Position numbers and translations under genes: made by a program. A stretch of DNA of 64,000 nt from Schleiferiaceae bacterium (GTDB taxonomy: Bacteria; Bacteroidota; Bacteroidia; Flavobacteriales; Schleiferiaceae): the NCBI GenBank assembly GCA_030829675.1, contig JAURAE010000001.1:16516-80515 (forward strand). The letters are read 5' to 3'. This document shows, piece after piece, positions 1 to 8,224 of the stretch. The notes under the pieces were generated by a model. It worked only from the letters and a program-made list of their open reading frames with translations, was not told the origin of the DNA and made no database searches. Positions within the stretch are counted from its first letter, which is position 1. Each line of letters starts with the position of its first letter.

Positions 1-1272
1 CTCGAGCAGTGGCAAGCGTTGGCGCCAAACATGCCCATTACGGCTTATGTGAACGCTGTGGGTGTGAGTGTGGACACCTTGATCAACTCGGCCCCAGAAT
101 TCTTCAGCAGGTTTAACGAAGCTTGCGCGAAATCCGGCTTGGAGACTTGGAAGCAGTACTACCAGTGGCACGTGGCGGATGCCGCGGCGACCTCTTTGAA
201 CGACGAGTTTGAAACGTTGAATTTCGAATTCTACAGCAAGATTCTACGCGGGGTGCCGAAGATGAATCCTCGTTGGAAGCGTGCGCAAGGCGCTGTGGGT
301 GTTTTAGGGGACCAATTAGGTCATCTCTACGCCGACCGCTATTTCCCAGAAGAAAGCAAAGCCCAGGTGGAGGCTATGGTAGAAGATTTACGTGCTGCCT
401 TCCGCGACCGCATCAACGGTTTGGCGTGGATGAGCGATACGACCAAGGAGAAGGCCTTGGCAAAATTGGACGCCTTTACCTATAAAATAGGGTACCCTGA
501 TAAGTGGGAAGACATTAGCGATCTGGATTTGAGCCGCGAGAGCTACTTCGCCAACCGCAAGGCCCTTTCTCAATACTTCACCGCTGATAATTTGTCGAAG
601 CTCGACGAGCCGGTGGACAAAGACGAGTGGGGCATGGGTGCACATATTGTGAACGCCTACTACAACCCGTTGAACAACGAGGTGGTATTCCCAGCAGGGA
701 TCCTCCAGCCGCCGTTCTTCAACCCAGATGCGGACGATGCCATCAACTATGGTGCGATCGGTGGGGTGATCGGTCACGAGTTCTCACACGGATTTGACGA
801 TCAGGGTTCGAACTACGGTCCTGACGGCAACTTGGAGAACTGGTGGAGTACCGGTGATAAGAAGCGTTTTGATGCGTTGACGACGAAGCTGGCAGATCAG
901 TACGATGCGTACGAGGTATTGCCTGGGGTGAACGTAAACGGCCGATTGACTTTGGGCGAGAACATCGCAGATTTAGGCGGGTTGACCCTTGCCTACCATG
1001 CCTACTTGAAGCACCGTGGTGATAATGAAGTGGCGCCTATTGATGGATTTACCGATACGCAGCGTATCTTCTTAGGATGGGCGCAGGTTTGGCAGATGCA
1101 CGGTCGTGACGAATACTTGAAGAACCAAGTAGTGACTGATCCGCACAGCCCGGGCAAATTCCGTGTCAATGGACCTATGAGCAATATGCCTGAGTTTGCA
1201 GAGGCCTTTGGCGGCGTTTGTGGCGATGGTGGTGTGGTCAAAGCAGCGGAAGATCAAATCATTATTTGGTAA
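1..1272 (+). CDS. M13 family zinc metallopeptidase (PepO/neprilysin-like), C-terminal part; 5' end lies outside the window
   Basis: Frame is open from nt 1, so the ORF-track start at 19 is an internal TTG. HEFSHGFDDQG (HExxH) and GENIADLGG (ENxADxGG) motifs of the M13 family. Ends ...DQIIIW. Confidence 0.9.
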   Translation, partial: LEQWQALAPNMPITAYVNAVGVSVDTLINSAPEFFSRFNEACAKSGLETWKQYYQWHVADAAATSLNDEFETLNFEFYSKILRGVPKMNPRWKRAQGAVGVLGDQLGHLYADRYFPEESKAQVEAMVEDLRAAFRDRINGLAWMSDTTKEKALAKLDAFTYKIGYPDKWEDISDLDLSRESYFANRKALSQYFTADNLSKLDEPVDKDEWGMGAHIVNAYYNPLNNEVVFPAGILQPPFFNPDADDAINYGAIGGVIGHEFSHGFDDQGSNYGPDGNLENWWSTGDKKRFDALTTKLADQYDAYEVLPGVNVNGRLTLGENIADLGGLTLAYHAYLKHRGDNEVAPIDGFTDTQRIFLGWAQVWQMHGRDEYLKNQVVTDPHSPGKFRVNGPMSNMPEFAEAFGGVCGDGGVVKAAEDQIIIW

Positions 1273-1310
1273 CTGTGATTTTAGTTGCACCTCGTTTAAA
1301 AAGGTGCCGC

Positions 1311-1318
1311 TAATTTTG
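1311..1318 (+). promoter_or_regulatory. Bacteroidota-type -7 promoter box TAatTTTG upstream of the rhodanese gene
   Basis: Exact match to TAnnTTTG 19 nt upstream of ATG 1337, in the short intergenic region after the M13 peptidase gene. Confidence 0.4.
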
Positions 1319-1336
1319 ACCTAAAATCAAGCAATT

Positions 1337-1615
1337 ATGACAATCAACGAAGCAATCAACCACCCAGAGGCCACCTTGGTAGACGTACGTACACCAGGCG
1401 AAGTTGCCTTTGAACCTGTACCTAATGCCATCAACATTCCATTGGATGAAGTTCCTTCGCGTTGGGAGGAATTTAAATCAATGTCGCGTCCATTGGTCGT
1501 GTTTTGCCGTTCGGGAAACCGCTCAGGACAAGCGTTGATGTTCTTGGCATCCAAAGGAATCGAAGATGGAGTGAACGGAGGCGGTGCTTCTGATGTTCTT
1601 ATCCATAAAATGTAA
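1337..1615 (+). CDS. Single-domain rhodanese-like sulfurtransferase (cytoplasmic)
   Basis: 92 aa with active-site loop CRSGNRSG. No signal peptide. Confidence 0.8.
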   Translation: MTINEAINHPEATLVDVRTPGEVAFEPVPNAINIPLDEVPSRWEEFKSMSRPLVVFCRSGNRSGQALMFLASKGIEDGVNGGGASDVLIHKM

Positions 1616-1619
1616 GACC

Positions 1620-2051
1620 ATGAAATCAGTAAAACTTTTACCTCAACTACTCGTCGCAGCCCTTTTGTGGGGTGGTGCAGTGAGCTGTCAATCCAAAACT
1701 CCAGCGGTAGAAACCTCCCAAAGCGAGGGCGTGATTAACAGGAATGTTGGGGTCGAGGAGTTTGCAGATTTAATCAATAATGGACCCGAGGGAGTACTCT
1801 TGGACGTGCGTACGGACCGAGAGTTCTCTATGGGCCATATCAAAGGTGCAAACCAGATTGATTTCTACCGCAGTGACTTTCAGGAGGAGCTGGCGAAATT
1901 GGACCCAGAAGTGCCCGTTTATGTGTATTGCAGAAGCGGTAATCGCTCAGGTCAGGCGGCGCAAATGATGAAACAAATGGGCTTTACCACCGTATACAAC
2001 CTACAAGGCGGTATGGGTGCGTGGGCTCGAAAACAACCCGTTGCCAAATAA
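1620..2051 (+). CDS. Exported (probably lipoprotein) rhodanese-domain protein
   Basis: Start moved to ATG 1620 (MKSVKLLPQLLVAALLWGGAVSCQ: signal peptide with lipobox-like Cys). Rhodanese active-site loop YCRSGNRSG. Confidence 0.8.
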   Translation: MKSVKLLPQLLVAALLWGGAVSCQSKTPAVETSQSEGVINRNVGVEEFADLINNGPEGVLLDVRTDREFSMGHIKGANQIDFYRSDFQEELAKLDPEVPVYVYCRSGNRSGQAAQMMKQMGFTTVYNLQGGMGAWARKQPVAK

Positions 2052-2069
2052 CCCCTAAACCCCCTAATC

Positions 2070-2378
2070 ATGGCAAGCTTTAAAGAAATCATTGATAGCC
2101 CGAAACCTACCCTCATCGACTTTTTCGCAGAGTGGTGTGGGCCCTGTAAAATGATGTCGCCTATTCTTCAGGAAGTGGCCGCAGATATGGGAGAGGCCGT
2201 CAATATCATCAAGGTGGATGTCGATAAGAATCCACAACTGGCCGAAGCACTGCGCATTCAAGGCGTGCCAACATTGACGTTGTTCCAAAACGGAGAAATG
2301 ATTTGGCGCCAGAGCGGTGTGGTACCGGCGTATCAATTGGCCCAGATCATTCGCGAAAAAGCACAGATCGAAGCCTAA
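2070..2378 (+). CDS. trxA: Thioredoxin
   Basis: 102 aa with WCGPC active site and canonical thioredoxin length and layout. Confidence 0.9.
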   Translation: MASFKEIIDSPKPTLIDFFAEWCGPCKMMSPILQEVAADMGEAVNIIKVDVDKNPQLAEALRIQGVPTLTLFQNGEMIWRQSGVVPAYQLAQIIREKAQIEA

Positions 2379-3365
2379 ATGCACGCTATTTCAAGGACCC
2401 TTGCTATAGTCTTACTTGCCGCCACGATGGTGGGCTGTGGGTTATCGCAAGATTTGGTCTTTGAGGTGCCGGCGGCACCTGATTATACTAAACTCGATAA
2501 TTGGGCGGGACACGCAGAGAAGTTGGACCTTACAGATTCCATTTTTGTGCCTACGTCCCGAAGTTTCGGTGTCCCTGTTTTCTATGTGTATCCCACGGTT
2601 CACTTTCCCAAAAAAGGCGGCACATGGAATGCCGATTCCTATGCGGAGGAGGTTCGAGAGCGCACGCATTATGCGGTAAAAATGCAGAGTAGTGCCTTCA
2701 ACGTCGCCGGTCCTGTATACGCTCCGTATTACCGTCAAGCGGCCTACCAAGTCTACAACGTAGCGCCCAACACGACTACCGTTAATGCGTACGATTTGGC
2801 TTACAATGATGTGCGGACGGCGTTCGAGCAATTCCTCGTCGACATCGGCCCAGATGTTCCTTTTGTGTTGGCCTCGCACAGTCAAGGCACAGATCATTTG
2901 GAACGCCTGATACGCAATGAATTTGATAAGGAGTTGCAGGACCGTTTAGTCATTGCCTACCTCGTTGGAATGCCCGTTTTAAACGACTTGCCCATCCCGC
3001 TTTGCGAAGACCCTTTGCAGACCGGGTGTTTTGTCTCATGGAGGACGTTCCATAAATCCGTCGAAACGTCCAGTAATGATGCTGCGATGGTTGGAGTGGT
3101 GAATCCGTTGAGTTGGAATACTTCAAGCCTCGGAGTTCCTGCAGTAGACAATCCGGGTGCACTTGTGTTTGAAAGTGGTGAGGTGCTGCTGGGGTTAATT
3201 GGCGCCCAAATTCAAGATGGAATCATTATCGCCGATCGCCCAAAATTCAAGGGCAGCTGGCTCATCAGAACCAAGGATTATCACCGCGGTGATATTAATC
3301 TATACTACCTCTCTATTCGAGAGAATCTTGAGGCGCGACTAGAGAATCTTGAGCAGCAGCGTTAG
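2379..3365 (+). CDS. DUF3089-like alpha/beta-hydrolase-fold lipoprotein
   Basis: ATG directly abuts the trxA stop. Lipoprotein-type signal LLAATMVGCG. ASHSQGT nucleophile-elbow-like motif. Family assignment is from memory only. Confidence 0.55.
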   Translation: MHAISRTLAIVLLAATMVGCGLSQDLVFEVPAAPDYTKLDNWAGHAEKLDLTDSIFVPTSRSFGVPVFYVYPTVHFPKKGGTWNADSYAEEVRERTHYAVKMQSSAFNVAGPVYAPYYRQAAYQVYNVAPNTTTVNAYDLAYNDVRTAFEQFLVDIGPDVPFVLASHSQGTDHLERLIRNEFDKELQDRLVIAYLVGMPVLNDLPIPLCEDPLQTGCFVSWRTFHKSVETSSNDAAMVGVVNPLSWNTSSLGVPAVDNPGALVFESGEVLLGLIGAQIQDGIIIADRPKFKGSWLIRTKDYHRGDINLYYLSIRENLEARLENLEQQR

Positions 3366-3747
3366 GAAACTCAATAGGGTAGAGCGGTACTAAAGTTTGT
3401 ACAACAAAGGCATCTGGAAATTCTGCTAGCCATCGCTGGCGTTCTTGTTCTGCCATCAAAGTGGTAGGAAAGGCACCTACATGAACTTTGAAGTTTGGGG
3501 CTTTGTAAATGACCCTAGCTTCTCCTAAATCGAGACCAACTACTTTGGCTCTGACTTTGTTCGCGTTGTCCCGGTCGCCACTGAATAATTGGATCGTAAA
3601 ACCTTCAAAAACTTCACTCTTGTGGGACTGAACATAATGGGCATAGACAGAGTCTACATTCGGGGCTACATCAAGGGTGTCAATATACCCGGTTGAAAAG
3701 CCTTTGAAACTGATTAACAGTGTGATTAGAAGTGTTTTGTGGTGCAT
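3313..3747 (-). CDS. SPOR (peptidoglycan-binding) domain protein
   Basis: Start moved to the internal ATG (MHHKTLLITLLISF..., N-terminal hydrophobic segment). The C-terminal part FTIQLFSG...KAPNFKVHVGAFPT...AE resembles a SPOR repeat. The 3' end overlaps the convergent gene by 53 nt. Confidence 0.6.
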   Translation of the reverse strand: MHHKTLLITLLISFKGFSTGYIDTLDVAPNVDSVYAHYVQSHKSEVFEGFTIQLFSGDRDNANKVRAKVVGLDLGEARVIYKAPNFKVHVGAFPTTLMAEQERQRWLAEFPDAFVVQTLVPLYPIEFPNAAAQDSLVAPQDSLE

Positions 3748-3767
3748 TAGCGAAGGTGATGTTTTTT

Positions 3768-3775
3768 CAAAGGTA
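3768..3775 (-). promoter_or_regulatory. -7 promoter box (TAccTTTG on the minus strand) for the SPOR gene
   Basis: Plus-strand CAAAGGTA is TAccTTTG on the minus strand, 20 nt upstream of start 3747. Confidence 0.4.
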
Positions 3776-3884
3776 AAGGTACCAAAACTCGTGCCGGAAA
3801 TGCGTGTTGTAACACAGGCTAATTTAGAACCATTCCAAATTAGGATTTTAGAAAATATGCGCCCCTTTTTCGACCGCTGAGCCT

Positions 3885-3892
3885 TATTTTTG
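3885..3892 (+). promoter_or_regulatory. -7 promoter box TAttTTTG for the act-cox operon
   Basis: Exact TAnnTTTG 32 nt upstream of the actA ATG at 3925, in a 177-nt divergent intergenic region. The -33 element is poor (tttttcg). Confidence 0.4.
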
Positions 3893-3924
3893 CGCGACAC
3901 TGAATAGCTATTATTAGGCCTCAT

Positions 3925-5196
3925 ATGTACACAAGTTCAAACCGAAGAAGATTCGGCTCCGTTTTAGCGGCTGTAATCTTCTTGTTTTCTGTTACAACCG
4001 TGTCCGCTTTCGAAGGGGACGCTTCAAACGGTAAAAAGCTCTTCAAATCCAACTGTGCTAGCTGTCACAAACTCGACAAGAAACTCGTAGGTCCAGCCCT
4101 AACCGGCGTGACTGACAAGTATTCTGAGGAGGGGGTGCTTGCTTGGGTTAGAAACAACGCGGGACTACGCGCCTCAGGTGATGCAGATGCTATCGCCATC
4201 TTCGAGGAATACAATGGTTCTGTGATGAGTGCATTCCCTGCACTGAGCGATCAAGACATTTTCGACATCCTTCAATACACCATTGAAGGCGATAAAAAGG
4301 CGGTTCCTGTAGGTGGGGATTTGGCCGGTACCACCGTCGTTGTCGAGGGTAAAAACTACGATAGTGAGATCACCATCGGATTGGGCGTCCTGCTCTTCCT
4401 CATGGTCATGCTTCTCGCTCGTATGAAGAACACCCTACGTCTTGTTCAAGGCAAAGACCCTGTAAGCATCTTGGATGAAGCAGGTTGGTTCTGGGGCCGA
4501 TTAATCAACAACAAAGGTTTTGTAACCGTTAGCACTGTAGTGATCACAGTGGCCTTCTTGAGCCAATTATATGGCTGGATGATGGGCATCGGGATGGAGC
4601 AACACTACCAGCCAGAGCAGCCTATCGCGTTCTCGCATGCGTTGCACGCCGGAGAGAACCAAATCGACTGTAATTACTGCCACAGCTCTGCACGTCACTC
4701 AAAGCACTCAGGTATTCCATCTGCGAATGTGTGTATGAACTGTCACATGTATGTGGACGGTTCTGAAATCACTGATGACGCTGGTAACTTGAAGTACGAC
4801 GGTGAAGGCTCTCCAGAGATTGCTAAGATCTATGCAGCGATCGGTTGGGATTCTGAAAACCGCGAATACATCGAAGGATACGAGCAACAGCCAATCAAAT
4901 GGGTACGTATTCATAACCTACCAGATTTGGCCTACTTCAACCACAGCCAGCACGTGAACGCGGGTCAGTTGGAGTGTCAAGAATGTCACGGTCCAGTAGA
5001 GACAATGGAAGAAGTATACCAGTATTCAGAATTGACCATGGGATGGTGTATCAATTGTCACCGTGAAACTGAAGTTCAGTTCAACAAAAACGAATACTAC
5101 CAAGACTTCCACGAAGAATTAACCGAGAAATACCACGGCGAGAAAATCACTGCTGAGAAGATCGGTGGTTTGGAATGTGGTAAGTGTCACTACTAA
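3925..5196 (+). CDS. actA: Alternative complex III subunit ActA: pentahaem cytochrome c with an extra N-terminal monohaem class I cytochrome c domain
   Basis: Six CxxCH motifs. CASCH lies in an N-terminal c-type domain after a signal peptide. A TM helix (ITIGLGVLLFLMVMLLARM) follows, then CNYCH, CMNCH, CQECH, CINCH and CGKCH. First gene of the actABCDEF order. Confidence 0.9.
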   Translation: MYTSSNRRRFGSVLAAVIFLFSVTTVSAFEGDASNGKKLFKSNCASCHKLDKKLVGPALTGVTDKYSEEGVLAWVRNNAGLRASGDADAIAIFEEYNGSVMSAFPALSDQDIFDILQYTIEGDKKAVPVGGDLAGTTVVVEGKNYDSEITIGLGVLLFLMVMLLARMKNTLRLVQGKDPVSILDEAGWFWGRLINNKGFVTVSTVVITVAFLSQLYGWMMGIGMEQHYQPEQPIAFSHALHAGENQIDCNYCHSSARHSKHSGIPSANVCMNCHMYVDGSEITDDAGNLKYDGEGSPEIAKIYAAIGWDSENREYIEGYEQQPIKWVRIHNLPDLAYFNHSQHVNAGQLECQECHGPVETMEEVYQYSELTMGWCINCHRETEVQFNKNEYYQDFHEELTEKYHGEKITAEKIGGLECGKCHY

Positions 5197-5208
5197 TAAG
5201 AAGCAGCA

Positions 5209-8208
5209 ATGACTGAGAACAATAAATATTGGAGAGGGATTGAGGATCAATCTAATCCAGAACTCGCAGAAAAGCTCGCTCAAAACGAATTCTCAAACGA
5301 GATCAGCCAGGCAGATTTCCTCGGAAAAGACGAGTTGGCTGAAGGAGAAACTTCGAGAAGAGATTTCTTGAAATTCATGGGATTCTCAACTGCGGCAGCC
5401 ACGCTTGCAGCTTGTGAGGCTCCTATCGTAGAAAGTATCCCTTACGTGGTGAAGCCAGATAGCCTCACCCCAGGTGTACCTAATTACTATGCATCTGTTT
5501 CATTTGATGGATTTGATTTTGCATCTGTTTTGGTAAAAACACGCGAAGGTCGTCCGATCAAGATTGAACCAAATAATGATGCTCCCTTCAACGGTGCAAC
5601 GAACGCCCGCGTTCAAGCTTCAGTATTGAGTTTGTATGATGGAGCACGCATGCAGAGTCCTATGGTGGACGGTGTTGCCGCTTCTTGGGGAGATGCAATT
5701 GCCGCCGCTCGTGCGCTCATGACCGAAAACAGTGTTTTTGTAAGTGGTTCTGTGATTAGCCCAGCTTTGAAAACAGCCATCTCAAAACTAGGTTTGCGTC
5801 ATGTAAGTGTTGATGCAGTAAGCCAGAGTGCACGTGCAGACGTATACGAGAGCCTAACCGGTCAACGCGGTCTACCTACAGTTTCTTTGGATAAAGCTTC
5901 TACAGTTGTTGCTGTAGGTGCTGATTTCTTGGGCGATTGGGGCGGCGAAAACCTCATGGGTGCGTATGCTGCAGCTCGCAAACCAGGTGAAGGAATGCTG
6001 CGTCACATTCAAGTGGAAGCAGGTCTATCACTTTCGGGTTCAAATGCAGATGCTCGCATCAAAGCGAAAGTAAGTGAGTACGAAACAGTACTAGCACACA
6101 TATATAATAAGGTTGCAGCTGCTACGGGCGCAGATAAAATTGCGGCACCGGCAGTACGCGAAGAAATTGCGAGCTCTGTTGATAATGCAGCAATGGAATT
6201 GATCCAAGCGGGATCAGGTGCTTTGTTGTTGAACGGCTTGAATTCTGCTACTGCGGAAAAATTGGCTGCAAAAACAAATGAACTACTTGCATCAGCAGCG
6301 TTCAACACTTCAACGCTCGAGTACACTTCAACCGGTTCTGATAGCGCCTTTAACGCACTATTGGCAGATGTTAAAGCAGGTGCAGTAGATACGATCATCA
6401 CTCTTGATAGCAATGTGTTGTACTTCTCAGCGGAGTTGGCAGCATTGGCAGATAAAGTGAACCTTGTGAGCATTGCAGATCGTGCAGACGAAACTGCGTC
6501 TAAAGCGAAGGTTGCGCTACCATTGAGCCACTACCTTGAGGCTTGGACAGATGCAATACCAGTAGATGGTGTATATGCAGTAGGTCAACCGACCATCAGC
6601 CCACTTTTCGACAGCAAGAGCGCAGTTGAAATCGTAAATGGCTTGGCAGGAGGTTCTGAGAGCGCTATTGATTTGATCAAAGCAAGTGCTTCAACCACAG
6701 GAAATGTGAAAGCTTGGAATGCATTGTTGCACGACGGTTTTGCTGAGGTAGAGTCGCTTAAAAGACTCTATTTTGTAGCTCCTTCAGTAGATCTGTCAGA
6801 TGTAAAAGTAGGAGGAGCAATCGAAGGCATCGAGTTTTACACATACACCAAAGCGGGTATGGGCGCTGGATCAAATGCGAATAACCCATGGGTATATGAG
6901 CTTCCAGATCCTATCTCACGTTTGTCATGGGACAACTACTTAGTGATGTCTGCTGCAGATGCAGTAGCACTAGGCGTAGAGAACTATGCACAATCAAATG
7001 GTGCAATGAATGGTAATACCGTGAACATTACCGTGAACGGTACTACATTGGAAAATGTTCCAGTATGGATTCAACCAGGACAAACACAAGGATCTGTAGG
7101 TCTTGCCATTGGTTTTGGGCGCGAATCTGTGGGTAAAGTAGGGAATGGAGTAGGTGTGAATGCAAATGCTCTTCTTGCCACGACTTCAACCTATGCTTCT
7201 GCTGAGATTATTGCTACAGAAGTAGAACACGGTTTCGCTTCAGTACAGCTTGCTCACACGATGATGGGCCGTAAGATTGTAAACGAAATCAATCTTCCTA
7301 CCTTCTTACAAGGCAATGCAACAGAGTGGAACGAGAAACCAACTTTTGAAACACACAAAGGACCTCTTAGCGCTTTTGAAGCCAACCTTTGGGACGATCA
7401 GGATCACGAGACTTCACACATGTGGAACATGTCTATCGACTTGAACTCTTGTACAGGTTGTGGTGCTTGTGTGGTTGCTTGTTCTTTGGAAAATAATGTG
7501 CCTGTTGTTGGTAAAGACGAAGTTCGTCGCCACCGTGATATGCACTGGTTGCGTATCGACCGTTACTACTCTTCTGACATGACCAAAGAGGTTGCTGATA
7601 AGGAAGGTTTAGGTGCTATTGAAAAATACGCTCAGATGGAAGTTCCTTCAGAAAGTCCATCAGTTGTATTCCAACCAGTGATGTGCCAGCACTGTAACCA
7701 TGCTCCTTGTGAGACCGTATGTCCTGTAGGTGCTACCGTTCACTCGCGTGAAGGTCTAAACCACATGGCCTATAACAGATGTATTGGTACTCGTTACTGT
7801 GCGAACAACTGTCCGTACAAAGTGCGTCGATTCAACTGGTTCAACTACCAAGCAAACGAGAAGTTCACAGATGTGAACCCAGCTCAGGATGATTATGGCC
7901 GCATGGTCTTGAATCCTGATGTGACTGTGCGTGCACGTGGTGTGATCGAGAAGTGTTCTTTGTGTATTCAGCGTATCCAATTGGGTAAACTAGAAGCGAA
8001 GAAAGACGGTAGAATGTTGACGGATGGTGAATTCACTACAGCTTGTGCTCAGGCTTGTGGTTCTGGTGCCATTGTCTTCGGTGATGTAAACAATCCTTCA
8101 AGTGAAGTGAGCCACCTCAAGCAGGAAGCTCGTGCTTACCACCTGTTGGAAGAAGTAGGTACACAGCCTAGCATCTTCTACCAAACGAAAGTTAGAAACA
8201 GAGCCTAA
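5209..8208 (+). CDS. actB: Alternative complex III subunit ActB (Tat-signal molybdopterin-oxidoreductase-like domain fused to a 4Fe-4S domain)
   Basis: Twin-arginine signal SRRDFLKF. Fe-S motifs CTGCGACVVAC, CQHCNHAPCETVCP, CIGTRYCANNCP and CSLC. 999 aa fused B1-B2 architecture. Confidence 0.92.
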   Translation: MTENNKYWRGIEDQSNPELAEKLAQNEFSNEISQADFLGKDELAEGETSRRDFLKFMGFSTAAATLAACEAPIVESIPYVVKPDSLTPGVPNYYASVSFDGFDFASVLVKTREGRPIKIEPNNDAPFNGATNARVQASVLSLYDGARMQSPMVDGVAASWGDAIAAARALMTENSVFVSGSVISPALKTAISKLGLRHVSVDAVSQSARADVYESLTGQRGLPTVSLDKASTVVAVGADFLGDWGGENLMGAYAAARKPGEGMLRHIQVEAGLSLSGSNADARIKAKVSEYETVLAHIYNKVAAATGADKIAAPAVREEIASSVDNAAMELIQAGSGALLLNGLNSATAEKLAAKTNELLASAAFNTSTLEYTSTGSDSAFNALLADVKAGAVDTIITLDSNVLYFSAELAALADKVNLVSIADRADETASKAKVALPLSHYLEAWTDAIPVDGVYAVGQPTISPLFDSKSAVEIVNGLAGGSESAIDLIKASASTTGNVKAWNALLHDGFAEVESLKRLYFVAPSVDLSDVKVGGAIEGIEFYTYTKAGMGAGSNANNPWVYELPDPISRLSWDNYLVMSAADAVALGVENYAQSNGAMNGNTVNITVNGTTLENVPVWIQPGQTQGSVGLAIGFGRESVGKVGNGVGVNANALLATTSTYASAEIIATEVEHGFASVQLAHTMMGRKIVNEINLPTFLQGNATEWNEKPTFETHKGPLSAFEANLWDDQDHETSHMWNMSIDLNSCTGCGACVVACSLENNVPVVGKDEVRRHRDMHWLRIDRYYSSDMTKEVADKEGLGAIEKYAQMEVPSESPSVVFQPVMCQHCNHAPCETVCPVGATVHSREGLNHMAYNRCIGTRYCANNCPYKVRRFNWFNYQANEKFTDVNPAQDDYGRMVLNPDVTVRARGVIEKCSLCIQRIQLGKLEAKKDGRMLTDGEFTTACAQACGSGAIVFGDVNNPSSEVSHLKQEARAYHLLEEVGTQPSIFYQTKVRNRA

Positions 8209-8224
8209 TAAATAAGAAAGCGAC

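Noticed and set aside
1287-1307. A weak hairpin (gcacct-N9-aggtgc) follows the M13 peptidase gene and could be a terminator.
   Set aside because: It has only a 6-bp stem, a 9-nt loop and a poor T-tract (cgctaatttt), so it is too weak to call.
3748-3924. The ORF caller produced N-terminal extensions, for example the SPOR ORF extended to 3924. Others are 20191-20205, 22131-22220, 46137-46229, 54185-54253, 55852-55875, 61642-61785 and 62202-62252.
   Set aside because: The extensions use TTG/GTG or upstream ATG codons that run through promoter boxes or terminators and precede obvious signal peptides or conserved N-termini. Starts were moved to the ATG that gives a sensible N-terminus.
6009-6473. 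Long antisense ORFs lie inside well-supported genes. This one is in actB; others are at 27767-28222 in sprA, 31754-32194 in the TonB gene, 40765-41388 in the HlyD gene, 43840-44280 in yyaL, 56175-56651 in lpdA and 60509-61012 in dsbD.
   Set aside because: Each lies wholly inside a gene with clear family motifs on the other strand. Their compositions are low-complexity (Ala/Ser/Thr-rich) and they have no promoter box or recognisable domain. They are typical shadow ORFs.
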